Positions 51,801 through 64,000 of a stretch of DNA of 64,000 nt are shown here, in pieces. Under the pieces are notes generated by a model. It made no database searches and was not told the origin of the DNA. It saw nothing but the letters and a program-made list of their open reading frames with translations. This DNA comes from Sphaerodactylus townsendi. Taxonomy: Eukaryota. The stretch is from NCBI RefSeq assembly GCF_021028975.2, contig NC_059439.1, forward strand, positions 38,936,001 to 39,000,000, given 5' to 3'. Both the position numbers and the translations under genes were made by a program. Each line of letters begins with the position of its first letter. The stretch's first letter is position 1.

Positions 51801-54800
51801 TAGGGGGAACACCCACCTTCACTGCGTTCCTGACTCTCCCCTCATGCAGTTTCTGTGGTTCGGCATGGTAAAGGGTCCCCCCCAAATGATTATTCCGAGA
51901 AGAGGCCGCTGGCAAGGCGGCCTGAATTGCCTCCGCAGGTGGATATCTTCAACAAGGAGCTGCTTCTAATTCCGATCCACCTGGAGGTCCACTGGTCTCT
52001 GATCTGCGTGGAAGTGAAGAAGAAGCAAATCACATACCTGGATTCCCAGCGCACCCTCAACCGGCGGTGTCCCAAGGTAAAGGGAGTGCCGCTACACGCT
52101 CGTGTTGGGCTCTCTGGCTTGCTTAAAGCTGGCCTTGCTGCCTTCCAAAAAACCCAGAATGCTTTGTGATACCAGTGAGAATCTTTGGAGACTGGGGCTC
52201 CCTTGATGGGAAAGCCCAAGGCACAGTGTTTCATACCTTATGTTTTTACTGCATATGAGCCTTTTAGGAAAAAGAGGCATCATGCATTTCATTGAAGCGT
52301 TTTCCTGGGCACCCAAAGAGCAGCTAGCTGTGTGGTGTTGCGTGTTTGGGACATGGGTGTGCTGACTGCCTCGGAAGCAGCGGGCGGCAGAGACTGAGCA
52401 CGGGAGTTCATTTTTGTTTATGTAAAATGTTTACTTAGCAGCCTTTCTTCCTTAATGGTGCTTATAATTTAAATAAAATGCATAAAATAAAGTACCTAAA
52501 GGTACACAGAACCAACGTTTTTAAAATCACAATTTAGGAGTGCTTTAATTCAACACAGTTTTAATTCAACACCGAGCCAGCATGGTGTGGTGGTGAAGAG
52601 CAGGTGCACTCTAATCTGGAGAACCGGGTTTGATTCCCTGCTTCCACTTGAGCTGTGGAGGCTTATCTGGGGAACCAGATTAGCTTGTGCACTCCAATGC
52701 ATGCCAGCTGGGTGACCTTGGGCTAGTCACAGTTCTTCGGAGCTCTCTCAACCCCACCCACCTCAGAGGGTGTTTGTTGTGAGTGGGGAAGGGAAAGGAG
52801 TTTGTAAGCCCCTTTGAGTCTCCTGCAGGAGAGAAAAGGGGGGGATCCAAACTCCATCTTTCCTCTTCTCCATCTTTCTTCTCCTTCTTTCTTCTTCTTC
52901 TTCTTCTTCTCCTTCTTCTCCTTCTTCTAAATGAAGCTGTCTTAAGTTATCTCCTAAAGCAGTGATGGCAAACCTATGGCACGGGTGCCAGAGGTGGCAC
53001 TCAGAGCCCTCTCTGTGGGCACGCACAAATAGAGTCGCCCCCCTCCCACATGTAGGCTGGCCTGGGCCACTGGGCTCGATTATTAGCATTAAACCTAAGA
53101 CCTAGTTTTGGGGAGGCAGTGTAGGTAACCCTGTTAAGAGCTGTTAAACCCCCTGATTTTCATGTGAAGAATTAAAGCACGATCCTTTACCTGGGAGTAA
53201 GCTCGGTTGCTGGCAATGGGGCAGAGTAAACTCCCTCTAAAGATTATTGATTTACCCGTTGGAAGAGCTACTACAGTTGCTTCAAAGCAAAGTCACCGAC
53301 TACCACCAAGCTTACTCCCGAGTAATGCACACCTTGGAGCCAAATGTTTTTCCTAAACTAAAACCTCAGTATTCAGGTTAAATTGCCGTGTTGGCACTTT
53401 GTGATAAATAAGTGGGTTTTGGGGTTGCAATTTGGGCACTCGGTCTCGAAAAGGTTCACTATGACTGTCCTAAAGATCTAGTTCAGGGATCTGCAACCTG
53501 CGGCTCTCCAGATGTTCATGGACTACAATTCCCATCAGCCCCTGCCAGCGCTGGCCAGTGGCCATGCTGAAGAACTGATGAAGGCATCTGGTCCTGGGCC
53601 CTGCTTCTATCACGCGATGAAACTTCCAGCGCCTCCCGCAATGGCTCACATGTAATCCTGGTAGCTTGATTAAGTCCAGGTTGGTTTTGACATCCTAATG
53701 CAAACAGTCCAATTAACCAGGATCCAGTGATTGGCACTGAACAGAGACTTGAATAGTGGTCACAGTTCGTTGTGACACCACAAATCCCAACCCTACACTT
53801 GCTTGTGTGATGCTGTCCCTGGCAACCTCTCAGCTACTGATGGGGCAGACCAGGAAGAGCCCAGAGGCAGCCCTGAGGTTTGTGACTGGTCTCTGGCCGA
53901 CAGTTGTGGGTGATGCCTCCGTGCCGTGGCTGTGTCTGAGCCCTGCTCCCTCCCTCCCTCCCTCCCACAGCACATCTGCAGGTACTTGCAGGCTGAGGCG
54001 GACAAGAAGAACCGGCCAGACTTCCGAGACGGGTGGAGAGGGATTTTCCAGATGGTAAGTATCCTTCTGGGGGTTCTTTGGGGCTGGGGGGAGGCAGGCA
54101 GGCCCTGTGTGGAGATCTGGCCTGGTGGCTTTCCCAGCAGAAGGAACCCCACCTGTCCTCAGGTAGACAGGGATTCCCTGGGCGGGAGCTGAGGCTCCAT
54201 TCTGCTGACTTGCAGCGTGTCACAAACTTTTTAGGTCTGCCCAGTGGCCTCCCTCTGGGTCTTTTCAACATTGTAGGGCTGGGGACTTCTGTTCCTGTGA
54301 ATCGTCAGGAAGGTGCAGTCCGTGTGAGTGGGAACCGCTTTTGTGCTGAGGTTAACTGAGCATAAAGATGGCACAGGTGTTTGCTTTGCTTTCAGTGTCG
54401 AGGCAAACCTGTGCAGTTGACTGGAGTGTTTAGTTGGTGGGCAGATACTTTGCTCCTCATCTGGAAACCTCTGTGTCGTTTTGTGTGTTTTCAGAGCTTT
54501 GGCTGTTTCTGTTGACTTGGGTCTTAATGTGTTGATCTGCTCCTGTCATCTTGCTTGGTTTTGTGGTGTGGCTTGAATGCAGTCTGCCTCTGGAGCAGGC
54601 CCGCAGGCGGCATTTGTGTTGTCTGAACAGAGCTGCAGGCAGATGCCCAAAATGCCACAGCCTCATAGCAGGGAAGCTGGAATCTTTTTGGCTGACCCCT
54701 CTCTCTCTCTCTCGTTTCGTCCTCAGAACATTGCCAGGCAAAACAATGACAGCGATTGTGGTGCTTTCGTCTTGCAGGTAAGGGCTGCGGGTTCTGTGTT

Positions 54801-57800
54801 CGGCAGGGGCCGGCTCTTTCTCCCTCTCCACCCCCTGCCCCCCACGTGGCTCTCACACAAAGCTTGACTTTAAACCATTAGAACCATGGTGGTGAACCTT
54901 TGGCACTCCAGATGTTATGGACTACAATTCCCATCAGCCCCTGCCAGCATGGCCAATTGTAGGGGCTGATGGGAATTGTAGTCCATAACATCTGGAGTGC
55001 CAAAGGTTCACCACCACTGCATTAGAACATTAACAACAAGCCAGCTGGATCAGACCAGAGTCCATCTAGTCCAGCTCTCTGCTACTCGCAGTGGCCCACC
55101 AGGTGCCTTTGGGAGCTCACGTGCAGGAGGTGAAAGCAAGGGCCTTAAGAACATAAGAAAGAGCCAGCTGGATCAGACCAGAGTCCATCTAGTCCAGCTC
55201 TCTGCTACTCGCAGTGGCCCACCAGGTGCCTTTGGGAGCTCACATGCAGGAGGTGAAAGCAAGGGCCTTAAGAACATAAGAAAGAGCCAGCTGGATCAGA
55301 CCAGAGTCCATCTAGTCCAGCTCTCTGCTACTCGCAGTGGCCCACCAGGTGCCTTTGGGAGCTCACGTGCAGGAGGTGAAAGCAAGGGCCTTAAGAACAT
55401 AAGAAAGAGCCAGCTGGATCAGACCAGAGTCCATCTAGTCCAGCACTCTGCTACTCGCAGTGGCCCACCAGGTGCCTTTGGGAGCTCACAGGCAGGAGGT
55501 GAAAGCAAGGGCCTTCTGCTGCTGCTCCTGAGCACCTGGTCTGCTAAGAAGAAGAAGAACAGTTTGGATTTATATCCCCCCTTTCTCTCCTGCAGGAGAC
55601 TCAAAGGGGCTGACAATCTCCTTTCCCTTCCCCCCTCACAACAAGCACCCTGTGAGGTGGGTGGGGCTAAGAGAGCTCCGAGAAGCTGTGACTAGCCCAA
55701 GGTCACCCAGCTGGCGTGTGTGGGAGTGTACAGGCTAATCTGAATTCCCCAGATAAGCCTCCACAGCTCAGGTAGCAGAGCTGGGAATCAAACCCGGTTC
55801 CTCCAGATTAGATACACGAGCTCCTAACCTCCTACGCCACTGCTGCTAAGGCATTTGCAATCTGAGATCATGGAAGATCAAGATTGGTAGCCATAGATCG
55901 ACTTCTCCATAAATCTGTCCAAGCCCCTTTTAAAGCTATCCAGGTGAGTGGCCATCAGCACCTCCTGTGGCAGCATATTCCAAACACCCATCACACGTTG
56001 CGTGAAGAATGTTTCCTTTATTAGTCCTAATTCTTCCCCCCAGCATTTTCAATGAATGCCCCCTGGTTCTAGTATTGTGAGAATTACATTAAAAAGAATT
56101 AAATTAAAAATTAAAAAAAATTAAATTATTACAAATAATAATGCGCCCCCCGCCCCCCCTCTTTTGCTTTGCTCCTTGGGCTTTTGCCCACTATTTTATA
56201 ATCTATTTGTATATTCATTGTTATTTTAAGGACGAGTTTGGCCGCTCCCTCCTTTTTGGGGGCAGTTAAAGGAATTGGGCTACGGGATGCCATCACCATC
56301 GTTATTATTGTTATTGCTTCTGCCCGCTGTTTAAATGGTTTTAATTGTTTTAATGGATTTTAGTGTATTTGGTCATTATCGGGACCCTTGTTATATACTG
56401 CGTACATAGTGTTGTACACCGCCCAGAGCCCCTCGGGGATTGGGCGGTTTATAAATCCAAATAATAAATAAATAAATAAAATTAAAAAGAAGAATAATTT
56501 TGAGAGCCAGGGCAAACTGCCTTCCGTTTTCCATGAAAGTTCTAATGCTGAGCATTGAGAACTGAGTACGAAAAGTTACTTTTCCTGTACGGGGCAGGTG
56601 TGAGGCCCATGCCCCTTTCAGAGGTTTCACAGAGCATGGTTTGGCTTCCTCGCCTGGCCGTGACTTCAGGGAAGAGGTCTCCAGCAGACAGAGGTAGTGA
56701 GCTTCTCTGCCTGCACCAAAGCTGAATGGTATGACACAGGGGTGACCAACTCTGGTGCTTCAGACTACAATTCCCATCAGACTACAATTCCCAATTGGCC
56801 ATGCCAGCAGGAGCTGAAAGGAATTGTAATACATAAACATCGGAAGCTCCAGAGTTGGACACCTGGTATGACAGGAGAAACTCCCTTCTCCTCCTCTGAT
56901 GTGAGGGATAGGGAAAGAGGGTTCTTCATGTGTCCAAGGCTGTCATTGGCCCATCCCTGTGGATAGATGGGCTGCAGATTGTCATGCCCTTATATAAAGC
57001 AGTGGTGCAACCGCACTTGGAGTCCTGTGTTCAGTTCTGAGTCTATCTCAAAGGATGCTCGAAGAAGAGATAGAAAAAAGTGCAGAGAAGGGCAACGGGG
57101 ATGATTGAAGGATTGGAGCACCTTCCTTATGAAGAGAGGCTGCAGCGTTTGGGATTCTTTAGTTTGGAGAGGAGGCGTCTAAGGGGGGATATGATTGAAG
57201 TTTATAAAAGTATGCATGGGGTAGAAAATGTTGACAGAGAGAAATTTTTCTCTCTTTCTCATAATACTAGAACCAGGGGGCATCCATTGAAAATGCTGGG
57301 GGGAAGAATTAGGACTAATAAAAGGAAACATTTTTTCACACAACAGGTAATTGGTGTTTGGAATATGCTGCCAAAGGAGGTGATGATGGCCACTCACCTG
57401 GATAGCTTTAAAAAGGGCTTGGACAGATTGATGGAGAAGTCAATCTATGGCTACCAATCTTGATCCTCCTTGATCTCAGATTGCAAATGCCTTAGCAGAC
57501 CAGGTGCTCAGGAGCAGCAGCAGCAGCAGGCCCTTGCTTTCACATCCTGCCTGCGAGCTCCCAAAGGCACCTGGTGGGCCACTGCGAGTAGCAGAGTGCT
57601 GGACTAGATGTACTCTGGTCTGATCCAGCAGGCTCCTTCTTATGTTCTTATGCACAGCCAACTGTTTTCGGCCTAGTTTAGGCATTATTTTAGGCACAAA
57701 AAATAGCAGGAACTCCTCCAGACTGTTCCTGGCCACCTGACTCTCTCTTGACTGCTTGAGCAGGTGGTCTCTTGCTGCCAGGTGTTAATGTAGGTGTGCC

Positions 57801-57977
57801 CCCTTCTCTGCTTGGAGTATGCAGAGGTTCACGGCCTTCCTGTTCTCTCTCTCTCCTCTTTTGCAGTATTCCAAATACCTGGCGCTGGGCCTCCCCTTCT
57901 CGTTCACGCAGCAAGACATGCCGAAACTCCGCCGCCTGATGTACAAGGAGATGTGTCACTGCAAGCTGACTGTGTGA
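42838..57977 (+). CDS. SENP3: Sentrin/SUMO-specific protease 3 (664 aa)
   Basis: Coding exons 42838-43807 ([25 protein letters not shown]), 45965-46219, 47237-47348, 48466-48613 (WLNDQ), 50016-50063, 51386-51463 (HFFNSFFY), 51939-52076 (HLEVHW..LDS), 53971-54054, 54727-54777 (QNNDSDCG), 57867-57977 (..CHCKLTV stop). All GT-AG and in frame; C48 His-Asp-Cys triad intact; AATAAA at 58560 and 58813. Confidence 0.97.
47570..47801. mobile_element. Tc1/mariner (Tigger/pogo-like) MITE
   Basis: TIR CCGTGTTTCCCCGAATATAAGACA, TA on both flanks, internal CTTATTTTCAGGGGATG repeats. Confidence 0.8.
55024..55515 (-). repeat. Four tandem 123-bp copies of the CR1 3' terminus
   Basis: Unit starts at about 55023, 55146, 55269, 55392; nearly identical. 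Confidence 0.92.
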
Positions 57978-60900
57978 AGAGGGTCTCTGCCCGTGCAGCC
58001 CCCCCACGCACGACCCCTTCCCTAAGCTGGGAGTGCCCCCCCCCCAGAAGCCCTGCCTCACCTGTCTGGGGGTGTACACGAGGGTGCTGGGGTGACTGGA
58101 ACTCTTGAGGTTTGACCAGTGGACTCCTTTTGGGGGGAATGTGTTTTCAACCCCAGTTTGCCCCCCTGTTTATCTTTTTATCTTCCTGGTCTTTTCCCCC
58201 CCTTTTTTTCATATTTAAACCTAACCCAGGGTGGGGGTTTTGTATGTTGGTTTTTTTGAGGAGGGGCCGGGGTGGCTGGCACCTGCAGCAAACCCACCCT
58301 CCGGCAGTCCTCCGCTCCAAGCAGAAGAGAGACGGCGGAGCCCTGAAACAAGGACCAGGGCGAGGGAGAAGGCGTTCCGCTCCCTCCCCTGACTTTCTTG
58401 CCTTTGTTGCTTACTCGTGTTAGTGAATAATATGTGGGTCCCCCCACAAAGGGGCTGGGAGTTGGAAAGGAGGGGTGGGCTGTGGGAGGGGTCAGGTTTA
58501 TACACTGGGGCCGAGAACTGAAACAAGTTTTTTTTTATACGATGGCTACCGTTGTGGGTAATAAAAAGCATTCTTTGGAGAATCACGGAAGTGGTGGCGG
58601 ACTTTCCCCGGCCCTCCCAGGCAAGCACGGAGTAGTGCAGCCTGGCACTCGATTGCTGTTTAAATCCTAGTGCAGGCAAGCCATGCGACCAGTGGGCAGG
58701 AAACAGGTGGAAATTGTACAGGTTTTTTAAAATGCAGGTTACAGATTAAAGGCAGTTAAAAAATACAGCTGGATGTGCCCTAACCGTTTCCCTTCCACCT
58801 CATGTTCTCAGGAATAAAGCTGCAGCGAAGGCCTTCCTGGCAGGTGCCCTCTTTGCTCTGCACAAAGAGTCCCACCTGTCGAAGGCTGGCTGAAGCACCT
58901 TGTGAAAGTTTCTAGTCAGTCTTGCTGCGGTGCTGGGTGGCTGCGGGTCCTGAGGCCTCCCTGGTTGTCAGTGGCCTTCCATCTGATTGCAGGGAGGTGT
59001 CCAGTGCGGTGCCTGAGTGCTCAGTTCTGGACCTGGTACTCTTCAGTATTTGTACAAGTGAACTAGATGAGGGGCTGGACAGATGACTCGTTAAATTTGC
59101 AGATGACACCAAACGGGGAGGTCTAGTGAACAACCCAGAACATAAAGATAGGATTCAGTGAGGTCTGGATACACTGGAAAAGTGGGAACAAGACACAATT
59201 TAACAAGGATAACTGTCAAGTTCTACCTCCAAGGGGAGGCTTAGGGTAACAAAAATGGGGAATGTTTGGGAATGTTTTTCAACAACCACCACCTTTATTT
59301 GGCATTTAAAAATAGGTTCTAGAGCGTTGCCAGAACATTTTTGCAGAAGTACAAATCAAAGGTATATTCAAAATACGCAGACAGGAAGACTGTATATAGC
59401 GGTAAAGTTACATGTCACTTGTAAAAGAAATTTACTGCTACTTTTCCAAAACATGACATCTGTGTTGTTTAACAGAAGCTCCACAACAGAACAGTCAGAA
59501 TACACTTTTCCAGCAGCGAATTTAATACAGAGGCCCAGCCTGGGAGAGAAATTCCTAAATACCCACATATCTCAGACAGTCCAAAATAATTAGTAGCGAG
59601 CAAAGAGTCCTCCCACTTGATTTTTTTTACAGAGTGTGAGGATGACCGCCCGATCCTGGAGAGGGATGGATAAATGTGAGAGGCCCTTTGTTATGACCGA
59701 TGGGGAAAGGTATTGGGATCCTGGCCCTTGTGATAATCTACCATCTCTGTTGGGGTTGGATTAATAATTTCAAGATGTTGTTGGCAATATGTGCCCCTGT
59801 TCCGGTATTATTCCGACAGAGAGGGGGGTTTGGGAATGTTTATACTGGAAGGGGGATACCATACTGAGTAGCAGCGTGTAAACAAGGTTTTGGAGTGAGG
59901 GTGCAATGTGATCTTGGGACAGAAATAGCAGGGAGCATAGGTTCGCCGTTCAAATTACAGGATGGGATAATGGTCCTGATGCGACTAGTTTTATGAACCC
60001 AGAAAGGAATAGGGGGGCAGCGTATCGATTGAAGAGATAGGAATATGCAGTGCCTGCATTAGAGCTGCCACCCAACATTTAATATATGTATGAAAGGTTT
60101 ACGCTTGGGTATACAGACACCTTCACGCACCATCTACTAAATGTGAAATCAACAAGCGCGCATAGTATATAAATGTAGACAATCTACAAATAAATCCACA
60201 ATATCTCCTATACCTATATATACCAGTCAGTATATATAAATAGGCTACAAATATTACAGATGCTTCTTATACATGGAACAACGTTCTTGGGTAAGCATAA
60301 ACATATGTATTCCAAAGGATGATGAATGTCTATCCCAAATGGAGATTAAGTGGATAGCAGGTCCTCAGCTGCTATCAGTTTCTTCCTGTTGCAGTGCTGT
60401 GCTGAGGAAGCCGCACAAATTTTTTAAAGGGGAGGTTCCCGATGTTTTTTTATATGTAGATGTAGAAGATATGGTGGATGTATTTATAGATTGTCTGCAG
60501 CAGTGGCGTAGTGGTTAAGAGCAGCTGTACTCTGACCTGGAGGAACCGGGTTTGATTCCCTGCTCTGTCACTTAAGCTGTGGAGGCTAATCTGAATTCCC
60601 CAGATGAGCGTCCACAGCTCAAGTGACAGAGCAGGGAATCAAACCCTGTGCACTCCCACAAACGCCAGCTGGGTGACCTTGGGCTAGTCACAGCTTCTGG
60701 GAGCTCTCTCAGCCCCACCCACCTCACAGGGTGTTGTTTGTTGTGAGGGAAGAGACAGGAAGATTGTCAGCCCCCCTTTGGAGGTCTCCCTACAGCAGGA
60801 GAGGGGATGATATAAATCCAAACTCTTCTTCTATTTGCACTTGTTGATTTCATATTTAGTAGATGTAGTTGGCATTGAATGTGTCTGTATATGTAAGTTG

Positions 60901-62199
60901 CACTTTTAACACATATTAACCGTTGGGTGGCAGCTCAGCTAGTACACTAGTCAGGCCTCACCTGGATGATTGAGGTCAGTTCTGGAGGTTTTACTTTGAA
61001 AGGGATGTGGATAGAATGGTGGGGGTGCAGGCAGGGTGGGGGGGAGGGCTGAGAGCCAGCTCACGGTGAGGAAGGGTGAAGGAGTTGGGGATGTTCAGTC
61101 TGGAGGGGGTAAGTGGGGACACACATGATTGCTTGTTTTAGAGTATTGACCAGGGCTGTGCAGCTTACAGGAAGCGGCATAGGACCTATACTCACTATGG
61201 AGAGGAGAGGACTTGCAGCAATGGGCATGGATTATGGAACAGTCCTGGCTGGACATGGGGGGGGGGGGTGAGTGTGTGAGAAATTTTGCATTCAGGTAAA
61301 CAAGTCTTCTGAGCATGAGATGGCATTAATGGATGTGCTCCTTTGCCTGCATCTGTTTCCCCATTCGGGAGAAGTGCAGAACTGTTTTGGGGTGGGTGGG
61401 AGTCAAAGTGCCCTTGCAGGAAAGGGGGGGGGGGGGGGCCTAGATCCTTGGCCTGTCTGAGAAGCCAGGTTGACATTGCTGTGAAAAGAGCTGAGCTGTG
61501 TGTGTGTGTCTGCCTGGGTTGCCAAACTCCAGGTAGGGACTGGGGATAGCAAATTATCTCCAGGCTACATAAACACACTAACTTCTTGCCTGTTTAATTC
61601 ATTAATTTCCCTTCTGCTGGAGAAAATGGCTGACGCTGTGGCAGGTGGACCCCGCACTGCACCCCTCCCTGAGCGCCCCAGGGTCTCCCAGGTGAGGTCC
61701 CCAAACGCCAAACCGGAGTTGGCAGCCCTCGCTTGTGCCAGGTGGCCCCGGCGACCCTTGGCGCAGGGAGGCCAGAGTAGGGAGTACCCAGGGGGGGTCC
61801 CTCTGGGGACATTAACCTGGGCTTACCCGGCGGACCTCGCAGTTTTCCACCCCCGCCGGCTCCCGTTTGGGCGGAAGGTCCACCGAGCACCCTTGCACTC
61901 CCTCTCCAGGCTAGCCCTGGCAGGGAAGGGACGGCCCGCCCTTTTTCGCCTGCCGGGGGGGGGGGGCGCGTATGGCGGCGTTGGCAACGGAGCGGCTCTG
62001 CTGGACACGTGCCCATGCCCGAGCGCCGCCTCTGCATGGCTGTCGGGGAGGGGCCAGTCCCACGGCGAGCTTGGCCGACCTCGCAGGGCGGTTGTGAGGA
62101 TAAGGGGCGGGAAAGCCGGGCCCTGTCAACCTCGAACGATGGGAAAGAGAGGCGGGGGAGGGCCCCTACACGTGTCTGTGCGTGTGTATGAACGGGTCC

Positions 62200-62635
62200 T
62201 TCCAGGGCACGTTGCCTCCGGGGCCATGCAGGCCTCCTCGGCCCCGGCGGAGGCCCCACCACCGTGGGCTTCAGCCTTCCGCGAGGACGCGTTCCAGTGG
62301 CCAGGCCGTCGCTTCGCCCGCCTGCCGGCCAATCCCTCGCCGGCGCTATTGCTGCGTCATCACGGCCTCCGCGCTCCTTCGCGTCACGCCCTTCGGCCGA
62401 TCCCCGGTTGGCGGTGGCGTCATCGTGATGCGAAGGGCGGCCCAATGAGAGCGAAGCCGGTCCGGTTGGGGCGGGGTGTAAGAAGAGGAGACGAGGGCCG
62501 CGCGGGCCAACCACAGGCGCGGAAGGGGAAGGCGGGCGCAGGGAGGCGGACCAATGACCGCGCGCCAGTGGGCGGGGCCTGCGGGGCCATTATAAGGTGG
62601 CGCGAGGCAGGCGGGGCCAAGACTTTCTCCCCAGA
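62200..62635 (+). promoter_or_regulatory. EIF4A1 CpG-island promoter
   Basis: CCAAT boxes (about 62329, 62442, 62551), multiple GGGCGG boxes, TATAAG at 62591, short pyrimidine-rich leader CTTTCTCCCC before the ATG. Confidence 0.8.
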
Positions 62636-62658
62636 ATGTCTGCGAGTCAAGAGAGTCG
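62636..62658 (+). CDS. EIF4A1: Eukaryotic initiation factor 4A-I, coding exon 1 (gene continues beyond the window)
   Basis: ATGTCTGCGAGTCAAGAGAGTCG|GTGAGT = MSASQES(R), a 23-nt coding exon like human MSASQDSR; directly downstream of SENP3 as in mammals. The last bases (..TGCTAG|ATCC) could be the exon 2 acceptor but cannot be confirmed. Confidence 0.85.
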
Positions 62659-64000
62659 GTGAGTGCGCGACGCCGCCGGGGAGGGGAGCCCACCGGGGGG
62701 GGAGGGGGCGGCGCGTCCCCGCCGGGCCCATCGCTCCCGTGACCCCCCCCTCCCCGTCTTGCGGCGGACCCGACTATTTTCGTGGAGGGGGGGGAGGCGA
62801 GCGCCGCTTCCGCCCCGGACGGCGCCCTGAGAGGGAGGCCCATCCGCCGGCCTCCCTCCTTCCACGTGGCCCCGGGGCCGCCGCCCGCCCCCCCATGCCT
62901 CTTCGACGACCGGGCCTTCCCTGCGGTGGGCAGGCTATTGCACCCGCAGGGGCGGGAGAGGAGAGCGGGCGGGCCCGGGCGCCCTGCCGGGTGACTAACC
63001 GCTTCCTCCGGGCCTCCTGCGGGTGACGCCACCTTTGAGGAGGCTGAGAGCACGCTGCTCTTTCACAACCCCCCCGCCGCCTTTTGGGGTGCCCCGGCAC
63101 GATCCACCCGCGATCACGCGAGGGGGGGGGGATCGGCGCGTTCCATCGGCCCCCCGATCCCGGCGGAGGCGGCTCCTTAGCGCGCCTCTCCTCCTCCCCC
63201 CCCGCCCCGTCTTTTGCTTCAGCCATTTTGGGCAGGCAAAGTTCGCGTTCGTTTTCCTTCCAACCCCCCCTTATCTTCCCTCCCCCCCCCCCGAGCCGCG
63301 ATGGTCCCTTCCATTTTTTTCCTCCTTTTCCCACCCCCGATGCTTTTGGGCGTTTGGTATGTCCCGGCGGGAGGGGGCTGTGTCCCCGCCGCGCGAATCT
63401 CCTTGGACGGATCCACCTCGGGGTGTTAATTCAGGGGGGTATGAAGAGCCTTAAGGCTCCTCCCATATTCCCCCGCAATTCGGGCGCGTCCATTTTCTTC
63501 CTTGCCCATTGTCCTGCCGCTTCCCATCCGGGAACTCAGCGGCCGTGACGTCACGGACCTGCGGCCAAAGGAGAGCGGGAGGAGGAGGAGGAGGAGCCTC
63601 TGGCTGCTGGGAGGGAGGCGGGAGGGCCGCAGCAGAGGAGGGGCCGCCCGGCGCACGCGGAGGGGGCCCTGGCGCCCCCTCCCGGACCGAGGGGCGGGAT
63701 TGGGGGGGGCTCCCGGCCACAGGGCGGCTCCCCTCCTTCCTGGTGGGCGCCCAAAGAAGTGACGGTGGCCCTTCTGCCCATTTTGCTCTCACCCCACCCC
63801 TGCGAGGTAGGACAGGCCCTGTCCCAACGTCGCCCAGCCAGCTTCAGGGCCACAACCGGGGGGGCGGGGGATGCGGTGGGTGGGCTGGCCCTTGCAGGGA
63901 TGCCCCAAGACCCTGATCCTTCGGGAACGGGAGGAGGAGCCTGGTCTGCAGTTTCTGTGATGCCCCCGTGGTGGGTGAAGAGGGCACCTCTGCTAGATCC

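Noticed and set aside
54997-55695. 232-aa protein with 41-aa repeats
   Set aside because: Antisense translation of the 123-bp CR1 tail repeat.
58960-61260. Possible gene between SENP3 and EIF4A1
   Set aside because: Only decayed CR1 and other LINE-like fragments and a SINE; no coherent exon chain.
61500-63026. 508-aa ORF and overlapping long antisense ORFs
   Set aside because: Stop-poor CpG island; low-complexity R/G/P/A translation; overlaps the EIF4A1 promoter and exon 1 in another frame.
62659-64000. EIF4A1-hosted snoRNAs
   Set aside because: In mammals they lie in more downstream introns; no convincing C/D or H/ACA structure is seen here.

Overview
Vertebrate genomic DNA, not prokaryotic. 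It is very probably from a gecko, judged from Squam3-type tRNA SINEs, CR1 with (TTCTTATG)n tails and squamate hAT MITEs. The gene content matches human 17p13.1 but in a different local order. I reconstructed spliced genes by hand from GT-AG boundaries and exon phases. From left to right: (1) three tandem SAT2/SSAT-family GNAT N-acetyltransferase genes, namely a divergent minus-strand copy running off the left edge, a divergent plus-strand copy head-to-head with it, and a conserved SAT2 orthologue; (2) two tandem minus-strand type II C-type lectin genes of the asialoglycoprotein receptor family, one canonical (YQDL, QPD, WND) and one with its Ca2+/sugar site degenerate; (3) a complete SENP3 gene; (4) the CpG-island promoter and first exon of EIF4A1. 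Intergenic and intronic DNA is dense in SINEs, CR1, Rex1-like and RTE-X-like LINE pieces, hAT, Tc1 and Harbinger-like MITEs, a solo LTR, Penelope ends (one with a hammerhead ribozyme core) and several tandem arrays. There are three N gaps (17225-17390, 20198-20414, 21207-21421). Most ORFs in the supplied track are repeat-derived or GC-rich artefacts. Family assignments come from recalled sequence features; no searches were run.
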